Translations under genes and position numbers: made by a program
NCBI GenBank assembly: GCA_964605735.1
Contig: CAZSDS010000001.1
Span: 134,771 to 198,770, forward strand
From: an uncultured Candidatus Saccharibacteria bacterium
GTDB lineage: Bacteria > Patescibacteriota > Doudnabacteria > UBA920 > O2-02-FULL-48-8
DNA: 64,000 nt
Direction: 5' to 3'
Part shown: piece by piece, positions 37,073-46,912 of the stretch
Layout of the letters: each line of letters starts with the position of its first letter
Position numbering within the stretch: position 1 is the stretch's first letter
The notes under the pieces: model-generated
Told to the model about the DNA's origin: nothing
What the model saw: the letters and a program-made list of their open reading frames with translations, nothing else
Databases searched by the model: none

Positions 37073-37786
37073 ATGCAAATTACGTTAAAAGCGGCCCAAA
37101 GCGCGCTATATAAGCGCAAAGATCCGGTTAAGGCAGAATTCCTTAAGCGTTTTTTTAAGACTGCGAAAGGAGAGTACGCAGAAGGTGACCAGTTCCTGGG
37201 GATCACTGTTCCTGTGAACCGCTCCATTGCCAAGGATTTTCGGCAACTTCCTTTAAAGGATGTTTTTCAGCTATTGCGTTCAAAATTCCATGAAGGGCGG
37301 CTGATGGCGCTTTTTATTCTTGAACATCAGTTCAAGAAAAGCGACGAAAAAGTCCGTATACGCATAATCAAAGAATACTTAAGGCTGTCAGGGAAGTATG
37401 TGAACAATTGGGATCTTGTGGATTCCAGTGCGCCATACTTGCTTGGAAAATATCTGGAGGACAAGCCTCGGGATGTTTTGTATAAACTTGCGCGCTCCGC
37501 AAATTTGTGGGAAAAACGAATTGCGATCATCAGCACGTTGCATTTTATCAAGCAAGATGACTACAAGGACACGCTGGCTCTGGCAAAAATTTTAATGAAC
37601 GATAAGCATGATTTGATCCATAAGGCTGTGGGTTGGATGTTGAGGGAAGTTGGAAAGCGTTCAGAAGAAACAGAGACCAAGTTTTTGGATCAACATGCGC
37701 ACAAAATGCCGCGCACTATGCTGCGTTATGCCATTGAAAAATATCCTGAACCAGTCCGCAAAAAATATTTAGCCCAAAAAAAATGA
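37073..37786 (+). CDS. DNA alkylation repair protein (AlkD-like)
   Basis: FFKT..GEYAEGD.FLG, NNWDLVD, KAVGWMLRE, RTMLRYAIE. Confidence 0.88.
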   Translation: MQITLKAAQSALYKRKDPVKAEFLKRFFKTAKGEYAEGDQFLGITVPVNRSIAKDFRQLPLKDVFQLLRSKFHEGRLMALFILEHQFKKSDEKVRIRIIKEYLRLSGKYVNNWDLVDSSAPYLLGKYLEDKPRDVLYKLARSANLWEKRIAIISTLHFIKQDDYKDTLALAKILMNDKHDLIHKAVGWMLREVGKRSEETETKFLDQHAHKMPRTMLRYAIEKYPEPVRKKYLAQKK

Positions 37787-38430
37787 CAAAGTGGTTCTCC
37801 TTGCTTTCAGAAGAAGAAACAAAAATTTTCAAAAACCTGGCCAGTCCGGCAAAAATCCAGGATTACCTAGATCAACTGCGCATAAATTTTGAAGAAGATG
37901 GCGACACATGTTCATCCCCAAGAGTGGTCATCAAACGCAAGTCCGCCCACTGCATTGAAGCGGCTCTGCTCGCGGCCGCGGTCATGATTTTCCATGGCAA
38001 AAAACCTTTGCTATTGGACTTAAAAGCCAATAAACGCGATTTTGACCATGTGGTATGTTTGTTCAAGAAAGGAAAATATTGGGGGGCATTCAGCAAATCA
38101 AACCATGTTTCCTTGAGATTCCGCGAGCCGGTTTATCGCACAACCCGTGAACTTGCCATGTCATACTTCCATGAGTACTTCAATGAAAACGGGGAAAAAA
38201 CCCTGCAAAGTTATTCCCGGCCAATGAGTTTGTCAGGGTATGAGCCGGACTGGGTCATTGCTGAAGAAAATTTGTGGGGAATAGCGAATGATTTGGATGA
38301 AATTGCCCATTTCAATGTGGTTCCCGGGAAAATAAAACTTAGGACCGCTGATAAATTTGAAATGAAGGCAGGAAATATGGTGGAATACACTTTGCCTAAG
38401 AAAAAAATCCAGAAAAGTGGTAAAATATAA
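37783..38430 (+). CDS. Conserved hypothetical, transglutaminase-like
   Basis: HCIEAALLAAA, DHVV, WGAFSKSN. Confidence 0.6.
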   Translation: MTKWFSLLSEEETKIFKNLASPAKIQDYLDQLRINFEEDGDTCSSPRVVIKRKSAHCIEAALLAAAVMIFHGKKPLLLDLKANKRDFDHVVCLFKKGKYWGAFSKSNHVSLRFREPVYRTTRELAMSYFHEYFNENGEKTLQSYSRPMSLSGYEPDWVIAEENLWGIANDLDEIAHFNVVPGKIKLRTADKFEMKAGNMVEYTLPKKKIQKSGKI

Positions 38431-38433
38431 GCA

Positions 38434-39327
38434 ATGACAAAGACCATACAAAAAGCAATTGTTCTGGCAGTCCTGGCAGGGCTTGGCTTTTACGTGTACG
38501 CGAACTATCTGACAGCCTGCACCCAAACGCTTTACTATGACATTGGCGAGATTGATCCAAGGTTTGGCATCACAGAAGAGGAATTTGTTAAATTGGTTCA
38601 GGAAACCGAAACGGTTTGGGAAAAACCTTTTGGTACGGAGTTTTTCCAGTATAATCCTGATGCCAAATTCAAGATAAACCTTATATTTGATGACCGCCAG
38701 CAAAAAACAATTGATGAACGCAATTCCAGGTCAAACATCAGCAGTAAGGAGCAGGCGTATCTAGCAAACGTGGCTGAATACGAAGGGGCTTTGGCAGTCC
38801 ACAATGAAACAAATGACAAATACGAGGCAGCGGTGGATGCATATGAGCAAAGATTAAACAAATACAATCAGGACGTGGACCATTGGAACAGGCAAGGCGG
38901 CGCCCCAAACCAGGAATACAACCGACTGCAACAGGAAAAAAGATTTCTCCAGTCAGAATCAAAGCGGTTGGAGAATGAGCGGCAGAAGCTGAACAGCGAA
39001 GTCACGGCATTAAACAGCATGATTGCCATAATCAACAGCCAGGCCAAGGACCTGAATTTTGACGTAAACGCATACAACGGAACTTTTGGCACAACCAGAG
39101 AATTCGACCAAGGCAGTTACAGTGGCAACGCCATTGACATTTACCAGTTTAGCACGCAGGAGGATCTCCGTTTGGTCGTTGCCCACGAATTAGGGCATGC
39201 CTTAGGCATCGATCATGTGGAAGATCCAAATGCCATCATGTATTATTTGATGGACAAGCAAAACATCAAGAACCTGCATTTGAGCGCAACGGATATATCG
39301 GCAGTAAGAAGTTCCTGTAATTTATAA
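38434..39327 (+). CDS. Matrixin (M10) metalloprotease with coiled coil
   Basis: HELGHALGIDH plus Met-turn AIMY. Confidence 0.85.
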   Translation: MTKTIQKAIVLAVLAGLGFYVYANYLTACTQTLYYDIGEIDPRFGITEEEFVKLVQETETVWEKPFGTEFFQYNPDAKFKINLIFDDRQQKTIDERNSRSNISSKEQAYLANVAEYEGALAVHNETNDKYEAAVDAYEQRLNKYNQDVDHWNRQGGAPNQEYNRLQQEKRFLQSESKRLENERQKLNSEVTALNSMIAIINSQAKDLNFDVNAYNGTFGTTREFDQGSYSGNAIDIYQFSTQEDLRLVVAHELGHALGIDHVEDPNAIMYYLMDKQNIKNLHLSATDISAVRSSCNL

Positions 39328-39333
39328 GAAATA

Positions 39334-39819
39334 ATGACAAAAAAAGAAATTGTGGTTGCGACCAGCGGAGGTTTTGATCCTCTGCACGTGGGGCATGTGA
39401 GACTTTTCCAAGAAGCCAAAAAATTGGGTGACCGTTTGGTGGTGATTTTAAACAGCGACGAGTGGCTTAAACGCAAAAAAGGTTATGTTTTCATGAACGT
39501 CAAACACCGCATGGAGATGATTCTGGCCATTAAAGGCGTTGATGAGGTTATGGTTTGGGACGATGGAACTCCAACAGTGAGCGGAGCGCTTCGCAAGCTC
39601 AAGCCGGATATTTTTGCCAAGGGCGGTGACAGGAGCAGTCTGGACAAAATTCCGGAAGCGGCCGTGTGCAAAGAGATAGGGTGTAAGATAGTTACGGATG
39701 TTGGCAAGGGCGGCAAGATTGAGTCCAGCTCCTGGTTATTGAAGCGCTTCTTGGACAACTCCAAGGACATGAAAAGTGCTATTGCTGTGAAGATAAAGCA
39801 AAAAGCAAAGAAGCGTTGA
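39334..39819 (+). CDS. Cytidylyltransferase (TagD/RfaE-like)
   Basis: GGFDPLHVGH, KGGDR, SSS. Confidence 0.88.
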   Translation: MTKKEIVVATSGGFDPLHVGHVRLFQEAKKLGDRLVVILNSDEWLKRKKGYVFMNVKHRMEMILAIKGVDEVMVWDDGTPTVSGALRKLKPDIFAKGGDRSSLDKIPEAAVCKEIGCKIVTDVGKGGKIESSSWLLKRFLDNSKDMKSAIAVKIKQKAKKR

Positions 39820-39888
39820 CAAAGCGGGGGAGATTTTCTAAACTGTCCCGTTCCCCAGCGCTCGCGATAATTATATAATGACAACCAT

Positions 39889-41097
39889 ATGATACAGGAC
39901 AACAATCAACAACAAACTTGGTACCAAAGATACGGTAAGTACATACCCGGCGTTTTGGGCTTGGTGGGTTTGGTTGTGGCCGGATTCATATTCCTGGATA
40001 AATCAGATTCAGATCTTTTGGACGTAATTACAGGCAACAAAATTGTTCCGGTTGCCAACGCTACTGTGGATGAAATCCATACATCTTGTGAAGCCAAAGG
40101 TTCAGGCGGTGACATCTTCGAGTGCTATGCCGTGAACTTCGACACTTACATGCGCTCCAACGGGGGAAGGAAAACTTTAGAGTTGCTGGATCAGCTTCAG
40201 AAAAAAGGCGGATACGTGCAAACCAATTGCCACCCGCTTTCGCATAAAGTGGGTAATATAGCTTTGCATGTGTACGGCTCTGTCCCGGCCGCTGTGCCGG
40301 AATACCTGCCGGTTTGCCATTCCGGTTACTATCATGGCCTGCTTGAAGAATATTTAGGCACCGCTGAAAGCTATGAAAGCGGAGTCGCGGAAGTTTGTGG
40401 CACTCCGGAAACCCAATCCTTCTTTAATTGGTTTCAGTGTACGCACGGACTTGGCCACGGCATAATGCAATTCAGGGACAACGAAGTGCCGGATGCGCTG
40501 AAGGATTGTGACCTTGTTGATCCGGCCAACCAGGCCAGGGAAATTTGCTATGCCGGAGTATTCATGGAAAACATAACCACTGACGAAAAAACCGGCCATC
40601 CAGCCAAGTACATTAAAAAAGAAGATCCGATTTACCCCTGCAACGCAGTGGAGTCTCAGTACCGCAGCGCCTGCTATTTCCTGGCCAGCTCCCAAATCCT
40701 GAAACTCAACGGCTGGGATTTTGAAGACACTTTCAAGCAGTGCGCCAAAGCTGAAGAGCAATATCGCTTCCTCTGTTACCAAAGCCTTGGCCGTGATGTT
40801 TCCGGCTCATCCTTGAACAATGACGCCAGGGTAAAACAGCTCTGCGGCTTGGCAGGCGAAGACACTTATGCCAAGTCTGAGTGTTACTTCGGCGCTGTAC
40901 GTGATTACACCAACAGAGTGGGCGAGTTTGATGAATCCATAAGGCTGTGCAATTACATAGAATCCGAATTTCAACAGCGCTGTTATGAGGCAATTTTCTA
41001 TGACATGGCCCAGTACAAGCAGGGACAGGCGTTTCTTGATGTGTGCGCCAAAATGCCGGACAATTTCAGAAGCCAGTGTGTGGTGCGGCAGCAATAA
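39889..41097 (+). CDS. Membrane-anchored Cys/His-rich repeat protein
   Basis: TM; CHPLSH, CHSGYYHG, CTHGLGHG; many C..CY repeats. Confidence 0.75.
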   Translation: MIQDNNQQQTWYQRYGKYIPGVLGLVGLVVAGFIFLDKSDSDLLDVITGNKIVPVANATVDEIHTSCEAKGSGGDIFECYAVNFDTYMRSNGGRKTLELLDQLQKKGGYVQTNCHPLSHKVGNIALHVYGSVPAAVPEYLPVCHSGYYHGLLEEYLGTAESYESGVAEVCGTPETQSFFNWFQCTHGLGHGIMQFRDNEVPDALKDCDLVDPANQAREICYAGVFMENITTDEKTGHPAKYIKKEDPIYPCNAVESQYRSACYFLASSQILKLNGWDFEDTFKQCAKAEEQYRFLCYQSLGRDVSGSSLNNDARVKQLCGLAGEDTYAKSECYFGAVRDYTNRVGEFDESIRLCNYIESEFQQRCYEAIFYDMAQYKQGQAFLDVCAKMPDNFRSQCVVRQQ

Positions 41098-41152
41098 CGG
41101 GCTAGCAATAACGGTTTAAGAAGCATGCTGAAAAAACGTAAGGAGGCACCGT

Positions 41153-41497
41153 ATGTTGACCAGAATGACCGTCAGCTTGGGGCCGTTGTTAAAAGTCTTT
41201 CAGGATGAAAATTTTCCGGAGAAACGGCATCCGGCACTGTTCAGGTTTTTAGGCAGTGTCCGGGAGGGCCTGCAGAAAAACCAAACCGGTCAGGTTGACC
41301 CCCAGGTGTTCTGCGTGGGGCTGTTCCACCTGATTATGGGCATGGGCGCCAGGGAGCGCATCTTTGTGTCCTCTAGCCTGCCGGAGATTTGCGAAGCAGT
41401 GGAAAAACTGGGCGGCGATTATGTTCGTTTCGCGGCCGGAATGCGTGAGCACTATCAGCGCTTTATCCGCCCTGCCGTCAACCGTCCGAATTCATGA
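41153..41497 (+). CDS. ORFan hypothetical protein
   Basis: AAGGAGG SD. Confidence 0.55.
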   Translation: MLTRMTVSLGPLLKVFQDENFPEKRHPALFRFLGSVREGLQKNQTGQVDPQVFCVGLFHLIMGMGARERIFVSSSLPEICEAVEKLGGDYVRFAAGMREHYQRFIRPAVNRPNS

Positions 41498-41967
41498 GGT
41501 TGGTGAGCATGTCTGCCAAAAAGCTGAATCACCCGAATCTTTTCCCCGGGCCTCCTCTGCCCAGGCATGAAATTTCTGCCGGAGTTCTGCAAGCTGTTCA
41601 GGTGATTGAAGTTAAGGGGTGTCGGATTTATCTTTTCAAAGCGTTGATTGCCCCGCCTCATCCCAGGGCCAAGGGGGTTATCTTCGCCAGGAAAATCAAT
41701 CTGGCATTCCGGTACTCAGGGTACGAACCGGTGAACAGTAACTTCTTGCCCGAGGCGGTTGAGAGGTTTGATCCAGGCGTAGTCACTACAAACGCGAGAG
41801 TGTTTGCCTTGGATCCAATCAAGTGGGGGCGAGCCCAAGCCGCCATTTTTACGGGTGAAAAGTGGGAGATCGTTTGGGAAGCAGTCAGGCCAGAGCATGA
41901 AAACCTTTTTCTGGTCAGCAAAAGACTGCATCCGTATGCAAGGAGGGTACAGGGTAAATTATTTTAA
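41494..41967 (+). CDS. ORFan hypothetical protein
   Basis: Coupled to upstream ORF; terminator ~41967-41991. Confidence 0.55.
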   Translation: MRLVSMSAKKLNHPNLFPGPPLPRHEISAGVLQAVQVIEVKGCRIYLFKALIAPPHPRAKGVIFARKINLAFRYSGYEPVNSNFLPEAVERFDPGVVTTNARVFALDPIKWGRAQAAIFTGEKWEIVWEAVRPEHENLFLVSKRLHPYARRVQGKLF

Positions 41968-42084
41968 GCAGCTTTGGGCAGCTGCTTTTTTATGCGGCGG
42001 CTGGTTTTCCAGCCGGCTTGTGCCAAAAATAGGGAATTGGTATACTTAGCCAGTAGTTTTTACAAATTTTAGATAAGAAAGAAC

Positions 42085-43428
42085 ATGAAACGAAAAGGCA
42101 TATTTTTCAGGGTATTGGGGATACTGCTTTTGACAGTCGTGGCTGGGGCAATTGCTCTTCCTGACACAAACGTCAATCTAAATTCCGTTAAAATCCCGTT
42201 CGAGAAAAATTGGGATTTGAAACTTGGTCTTGATCTGCAAGGCGGCACTCAACTGGTCTATGAAGCTGACATGAGTGATATCTCGGCTGATGCGCGCGCA
42301 GATGCTTTGAATTCAGCCCGTGATGTCATTGACAGGCGGGTGAACGCGTTCGGTGTATCTGAGCCGTTGGTTCAGGTTTCCGGCGACAACAGAATTATTG
42401 CTGAGCTGGCAGGGGTAAGAGACATAAATCAGGCAATCGAGCTGATTGGTCAAACTCCGTTTTTGGAATTCCGGGAAGAAAATCCCAATCCGCCTGAACT
42501 CACTCCAAATGAAAACGGTGAGGTTGTTGTTGACACTGATTCCATTTTTCTTCCAACCCAGCTAAGCGGCAAACAACTGGAACGCGCAGTTTTGAATTTT
42601 GACCAGACAACTGGCGCCCCTATCGTTGCCTTGCAATTTGATGACGAAGGAAAACAGCTGTTCAGCCAGTTAACGCAAAAAAACATCGGCAAAAGGATTG
42701 CAATTTTTCTTGATGGAGAAATTATTTCCGCGCCAACAGTTCAATCCGCAATCGATAGCGGCGAGGCCATCATCACAAACATAGGGACAGTCAATGAAGC
42801 CAAAGAGCTGGTGACCAGATTAAATTCAGGCGCTTTGCCTGTGCCAATCAAACTCATTTCCCAGCAGAACGTTGGTGCTACTTTGGGTATTGATTCCCTG
42901 CAAAAAAGCGTCATGGCTGGCTTGATTGGGTTCATCATTGTGGCGCTGTTTATGATCATCTACTACCGATTGCCTGGTGTCCTGGCAGTCATTGCTCTGG
43001 TCATTTACACTCTGATTTCATTGGCAGTATTTAAACTTTTCGGAGTGACATTGACGCTGGCCGGAGTTGCCGGATTTATTCTCTCCGTTGGTATGGCAGT
43101 TGACGCCAATGTCTTGATTTTTGAGCGCATGAAAGAAGAGCTGAGGAAAGGCAAGAGCCTTAACCAGGCAGTGGATGACGGATTCAATCGCGCTTGGTTG
43201 TCAGTCCGCGACTCCAACGTCTCGAGCTTAATCACAACTTTCATCCTTGGTTACTTTGGCACAAGCATTATCCGAGGTTTTGCCATCACCCTGGCCATTG
43301 GTATTCTCATCTCCATGTTTACGGCAATTACCCTGACCAGGACATTGCTGAAAATAGCCGCGAGAATGAGTTTCCTGAGCAATGAAAGATTATACGGTGT
43401 AAGAGTAAAGGAGTCAGCAAATGCTTAA
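42085..43428 (+). CDS. secD: Protein translocase subunit SecD
   Basis: LGLDLQGG, RRVNAFGVSEP, GMAVDANVLIFER. Confidence 0.96.
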   Translation: MKRKGIFFRVLGILLLTVVAGAIALPDTNVNLNSVKIPFEKNWDLKLGLDLQGGTQLVYEADMSDISADARADALNSARDVIDRRVNAFGVSEPLVQVSGDNRIIAELAGVRDINQAIELIGQTPFLEFREENPNPPELTPNENGEVVVDTDSIFLPTQLSGKQLERAVLNFDQTTGAPIVALQFDDEGKQLFSQLTQKNIGKRIAIFLDGEIISAPTVQSAIDSGEAIITNIGTVNEAKELVTRLNSGALPVPIKLISQQNVGATLGIDSLQKSVMAGLIGFIIVALFMIIYYRLPGVLAVIALVIYTLISLAVFKLFGVTLTLAGVAGFILSVGMAVDANVLIFERMKEELRKGKSLNQAVDDGFNRAWLSVRDSNVSSLITTFILGYFGTSIIRGFAITLAIGILISMFTAITLTRTLLKIAARMSFLSNERLYGVRVKESANA

Positions 43429-44326
43429 TATTATCAAGTATTACAGGGTTTGGTTTGGTATTTCTTTGGTTTTTGCTATTGCTTCCATTATTGCGCTTGC
43501 AGTTTACGGCTTGAATTTTGGCATCGACTTCAAAGGCGGAACACTCAGCCAGTTGAGGATTTCCGAAAATCCTGCCTCAAGTGAGGTTAGAACTGTCCTG
43601 CAAGAGAATGGTTATGAAGGAGCTCTGGTCCAGCCGGGCGATGAAGGGATCTTTATTATCAGAACCGGCCCGCAGGAAAAAGAACAACATGATCAGATGC
43701 TGAAAGTTTTGGACGACAAATATGAAGAAGTTGTTGAAGAGCAATTCACTTCCGTGGGCCCGGTTATTGGCCGCGAATTGGCGAACAAAGCTTTGTGGCA
43801 ACTTTTACTGGTCTCGCTGGCTATCATTCTTTACATTGCTTATGCTTTCAGAAAAGTCACCAAGCCGGTTTCCTCCTGGAGGTTCGGCGTTACCGCGATA
43901 ATCGCATTGCTTCATGACTTGCTTGTGGTTATTGGGGTGTTTGCAGTGCTTGGCCATTTCTTTGGCGTGGAAGTGGATAGTTTGTTCGTCACCGCACTTC
44001 TTACTGTGCTCGGATTTTCAGTGCATGACACAATAGTTGTTTTTGACCGTATCCGCGAAAACCTGAGGGTGCGCGCCGGACAGTCGCTTTCTGAGATAAT
44101 CAACAACAGCATCAGCCAAACCATTGTCCGTTCCATTAACACCACTTTGACGATTGTCTTTGTCCTGGTTGCCCTGCTTCTTTTCGGCGGTGAAACCATC
44201 AGATACTTTGTCCTCGCCCTGTTGTTAGGCGTGGTTGTCGGCACTTATTCTTCCATTTTCATTGCCAGTCCGCTTCTGCTTTCCTGGCATAACTGGGAAT
44301 TAAAAAGAAAAGGCAAAACAGCCTAG
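43421..44326 (+). CDS. secF: Protein translocase subunit SecF
   Basis: GIDFKGG, HDTIVVFDRIRE, GTYSSIFIA. Confidence 0.96.
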   Translation: MLNIIKYYRVWFGISLVFAIASIIALAVYGLNFGIDFKGGTLSQLRISENPASSEVRTVLQENGYEGALVQPGDEGIFIIRTGPQEKEQHDQMLKVLDDKYEEVVEEQFTSVGPVIGRELANKALWQLLLVSLAIILYIAYAFRKVTKPVSSWRFGVTAIIALLHDLLVVIGVFAVLGHFFGVEVDSLFVTALLTVLGFSVHDTIVVFDRIRENLRVRAGQSLSEIINNSISQTIVRSINTTLTIVFVLVALLLFGGETIRYFVLALLLGVVVGTYSSIFIASPLLLSWHNWELKRKGKTA

Positions 44327-44436
44327 CAGTATCAGATATTCCTCTAAAACCCGCCAAAAGCGGGTTTTTTGCGTTGCGGTTAGTGCTCCTTGACAAGCTG
44401 AGGCATTTGTGCTATACTTTAGACAATTTCAAGAAT

Positions 44437-45558
44437 ATGTCAGAGACTAACGACACAAAGCCAAGCATTTTGGACGCAATAATGGGTTCTCAAACTCAGA
44501 CCAATCTGAACAATTTTGAGCCTGCTCGGATTGTCGGTAACCTCCTTGCCCAGCTAAAGGACAGAGACCGCCAGATTGTGGTCAAGCGTTTTGGATTGGA
44601 AGGCCAGCAAGTCGAGACTCTTGAATCAATCGGACAGAAATACAACTTGACCCGGGAACGCGTCAGGCAAATCGAAAAAGATTCAGTGGCGTTTCTCAAG
44701 AAAAAGAACGTCAAAGACATGCAGGAATCGTTGCAGTTGATTTTTGACACTGTTGTTGAACATGGGAATATTGCCAGTGAGGAGTTCTTGATGAAAACCA
44801 TGCTCCTTAACAAGCCGGAAACCCGTGAATATTCTGCGCTTAAGTTTTTGATTTCATTGAGCGAACAGCTTAAATACCACAAAGAAACCAACCAATATTA
44901 TTCAGCCTGGTCTGTAATTGGCTTTAATATGAGCAAATTGGCTGAAGTCACTGATGAGTTCGTGAAAATTTTGCGTTCTTTGGGGAAAGTCGTCACTCAG
45001 GAAGAGCTCTACGCTAAGTTCAAGGAGACTGACTACTACAAAACACATGCTCCAGAGTTGTCAGATCGCGTTTTGCGCAGTTACCTGAACATTGCAAAAA
45101 TTATTCAGGTTAATCCGTTCAACGAAATTGGCTTAAAGGATTGGTCAGAAGTGAAGCCCCGCGACGTAGGCGATAAGGCTTATTTGGTTTTAAAACATCA
45201 TGGGAAACCGGAGCATTACTCAGTAATCACCAAAATGATTAATGAACACCGTTTTGATGACCGCACTGCATACCAGGAGACTGTTCACAATGAACTGATT
45301 AAAGATGATCGGTTTGTTCTGATTGGCCGGGGCATTTATGCATTGACCGAGTGGGGTTATAAGAAGGGTGTTGTTGCCGACGTGATCAAAGAAGTGATTG
45401 AAAGCTTTGGCAGGCCTTTGTCGCGTGAAGAAATCATTAATGAGGTTATGAAACGCCGCCAGGTTAAAAGAAATACCATCCTGGTTGGCTTATCCAACAA
45501 GAAATATTTCCAGAAGGTCGGGAAAGACAAGTACGATTTAGCAGAAACACAAATCTAA
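44437..45558 (+). CDS. Sigma70 region-4 HTH / HARE-HTH fusion protein
   Basis: RFGL..TLESIG..LTRERVRQIE; HNELI..RFVLIGRGIYALTEWG. Confidence 0.8.
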   Translation: MSETNDTKPSILDAIMGSQTQTNLNNFEPARIVGNLLAQLKDRDRQIVVKRFGLEGQQVETLESIGQKYNLTRERVRQIEKDSVAFLKKKNVKDMQESLQLIFDTVVEHGNIASEEFLMKTMLLNKPETREYSALKFLISLSEQLKYHKETNQYYSAWSVIGFNMSKLAEVTDEFVKILRSLGKVVTQEELYAKFKETDYYKTHAPELSDRVLRSYLNIAKIIQVNPFNEIGLKDWSEVKPRDVGDKAYLVLKHHGKPEHYSVITKMINEHRFDDRTAYQETVHNELIKDDRFVLIGRGIYALTEWGYKKGVVADVIKEVIESFGRPLSREEIINEVMKRRQVKRNTILVGLSNKKYFQKVGKDKYDLAETQI

Positions 45559-45568
45559 GCAATTGCAA

Positions 45569-46891
45569 ATGTTTGATGAAACTTTCGGTGACACCCTGCG
45601 ATTAGTCGAAATTATCTTAGTAGACTATTACGGGTGGATTCCCTTTGTTTGTCTATTTATATGGATCGGGTACCAGCTCTGGCTGGAACGGCAAATAATA
45701 AAATATCTTTCCACCATCAAGTGGGTGTTTTTGGAAGTTCGCGTAGATGAGTTGAACGAAAAATCCCCAGTGGCAATGGAACAGATATTTGCTTCGCTCC
45801 ATGCCATGATGCAAAACTTTACGCTTGGTGAAAAATGGACCGGGAGAACAGCTTTGCATTTGTCCGCGGAAATCGTCAGTATTGGCGGACGCGTTTCATA
45901 TATTTTCAAAGTTCCTGAGAGATACCGAAATCTGCTGGAAAGCGCTTTGTTCGCGCAATACCCGAAAGCAGAAATCAGAGAAATTCAGGATTATCTGGCC
46001 AACCTCCCGCGCAATTATGATCCGCAGACATCTGAGTTTGAAATGTGGGGGACCCAGCTGAACAAACGCGCAGACAACGCTCTGCCTATCCGAACCTACA
46101 AGCAGGCAGACCAGTTCTTTGAACATTCAGAACAGAAGACTACTGTTGATTCTCTGGCAGGCATTTTGGAAGTTATGAGCAATATTTTGCCGCATGAATT
46201 GATGGCAATTCAAATTGTCATCAAACCCCTTAATGATGACTGGAAAAAGAGCGGCGTGGACCTGGTTAGCAAGATGAAAGGAGTCCCGCCAAAGGCCAAA
46301 CCTCCTGGGTTGTTTGATGTGATTTTCGTGCAAGGACCTGGCATGGTTTTGGATTTATTGCTTGAGGGGCTTGGGTTGAAAGGTGAGACCGAGCCTAAAA
46401 AGGAAGAAAAGCCTCAGCCTCTGACGCAGTCCATGACTGATTCGGAAAAATTTAATATTGATGCGGTGGTGGTTGGCCTGAGCAAGCTTAGCTATGAAAC
46501 CAAATTCCGGTTGCTGTATTTGGCGCCCAAAGACAAGTTCAGTAAAGGCATGCGCATCCCGGAAATTTTGGGCGCGTTCAGAAATTTCGACAACCCCCAG
46601 CTTAACGGATTGAAGCCTGACAGCGCGAAAGTCACAACAGACGCCAGCTTTAAGCTGTTCCAGAACCTTGAACAGCCTTGGCTTGACCATAAAATCAAGG
46701 TCCGCAAAAATAAATTTTTGAAGTGGTTTAAGGATCGCGGGCATTGGGAGGGTTCGGGTAAAACTATTTTCAATACGGAAGAGCTTGCGACTTTATTCCA
46801 TTTTCCACAGGCACCGAATGCGCGCGTTTCCCAGCTTGAGCGCGTTAATACCGTTAAGTCTGCCCCTCCTATTGACCTTCCGGTCGGATAA
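45569..46891 (+). CDS. CPR conserved membrane protein associated with VirD4-like ATPase
   Basis: N-terminal TM; MEQ.FA.LH, QYP.AEI, ELATLFHFP. Confidence 0.7.
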   Translation: MFDETFGDTLRLVEIILVDYYGWIPFVCLFIWIGYQLWLERQIIKYLSTIKWVFLEVRVDELNEKSPVAMEQIFASLHAMMQNFTLGEKWTGRTALHLSAEIVSIGGRVSYIFKVPERYRNLLESALFAQYPKAEIREIQDYLANLPRNYDPQTSEFEMWGTQLNKRADNALPIRTYKQADQFFEHSEQKTTVDSLAGILEVMSNILPHELMAIQIVIKPLNDDWKKSGVDLVSKMKGVPPKAKPPGLFDVIFVQGPGMVLDLLLEGLGLKGETEPKKEEKPQPLTQSMTDSEKFNIDAVVVGLSKLSYETKFRLLYLAPKDKFSKGMRIPEILGAFRNFDNPQLNGLKPDSAKVTTDASFKLFQNLEQPWLDHKIKVRKNKFLKWFKDRGHWEGSGKTIFNTEELATLFHFPQAPNARVSQLERVNTVKSAPPIDLPVG

Positions 46892-46912
46892 CATTAAAAT
46901 ACACAGTCTCTT

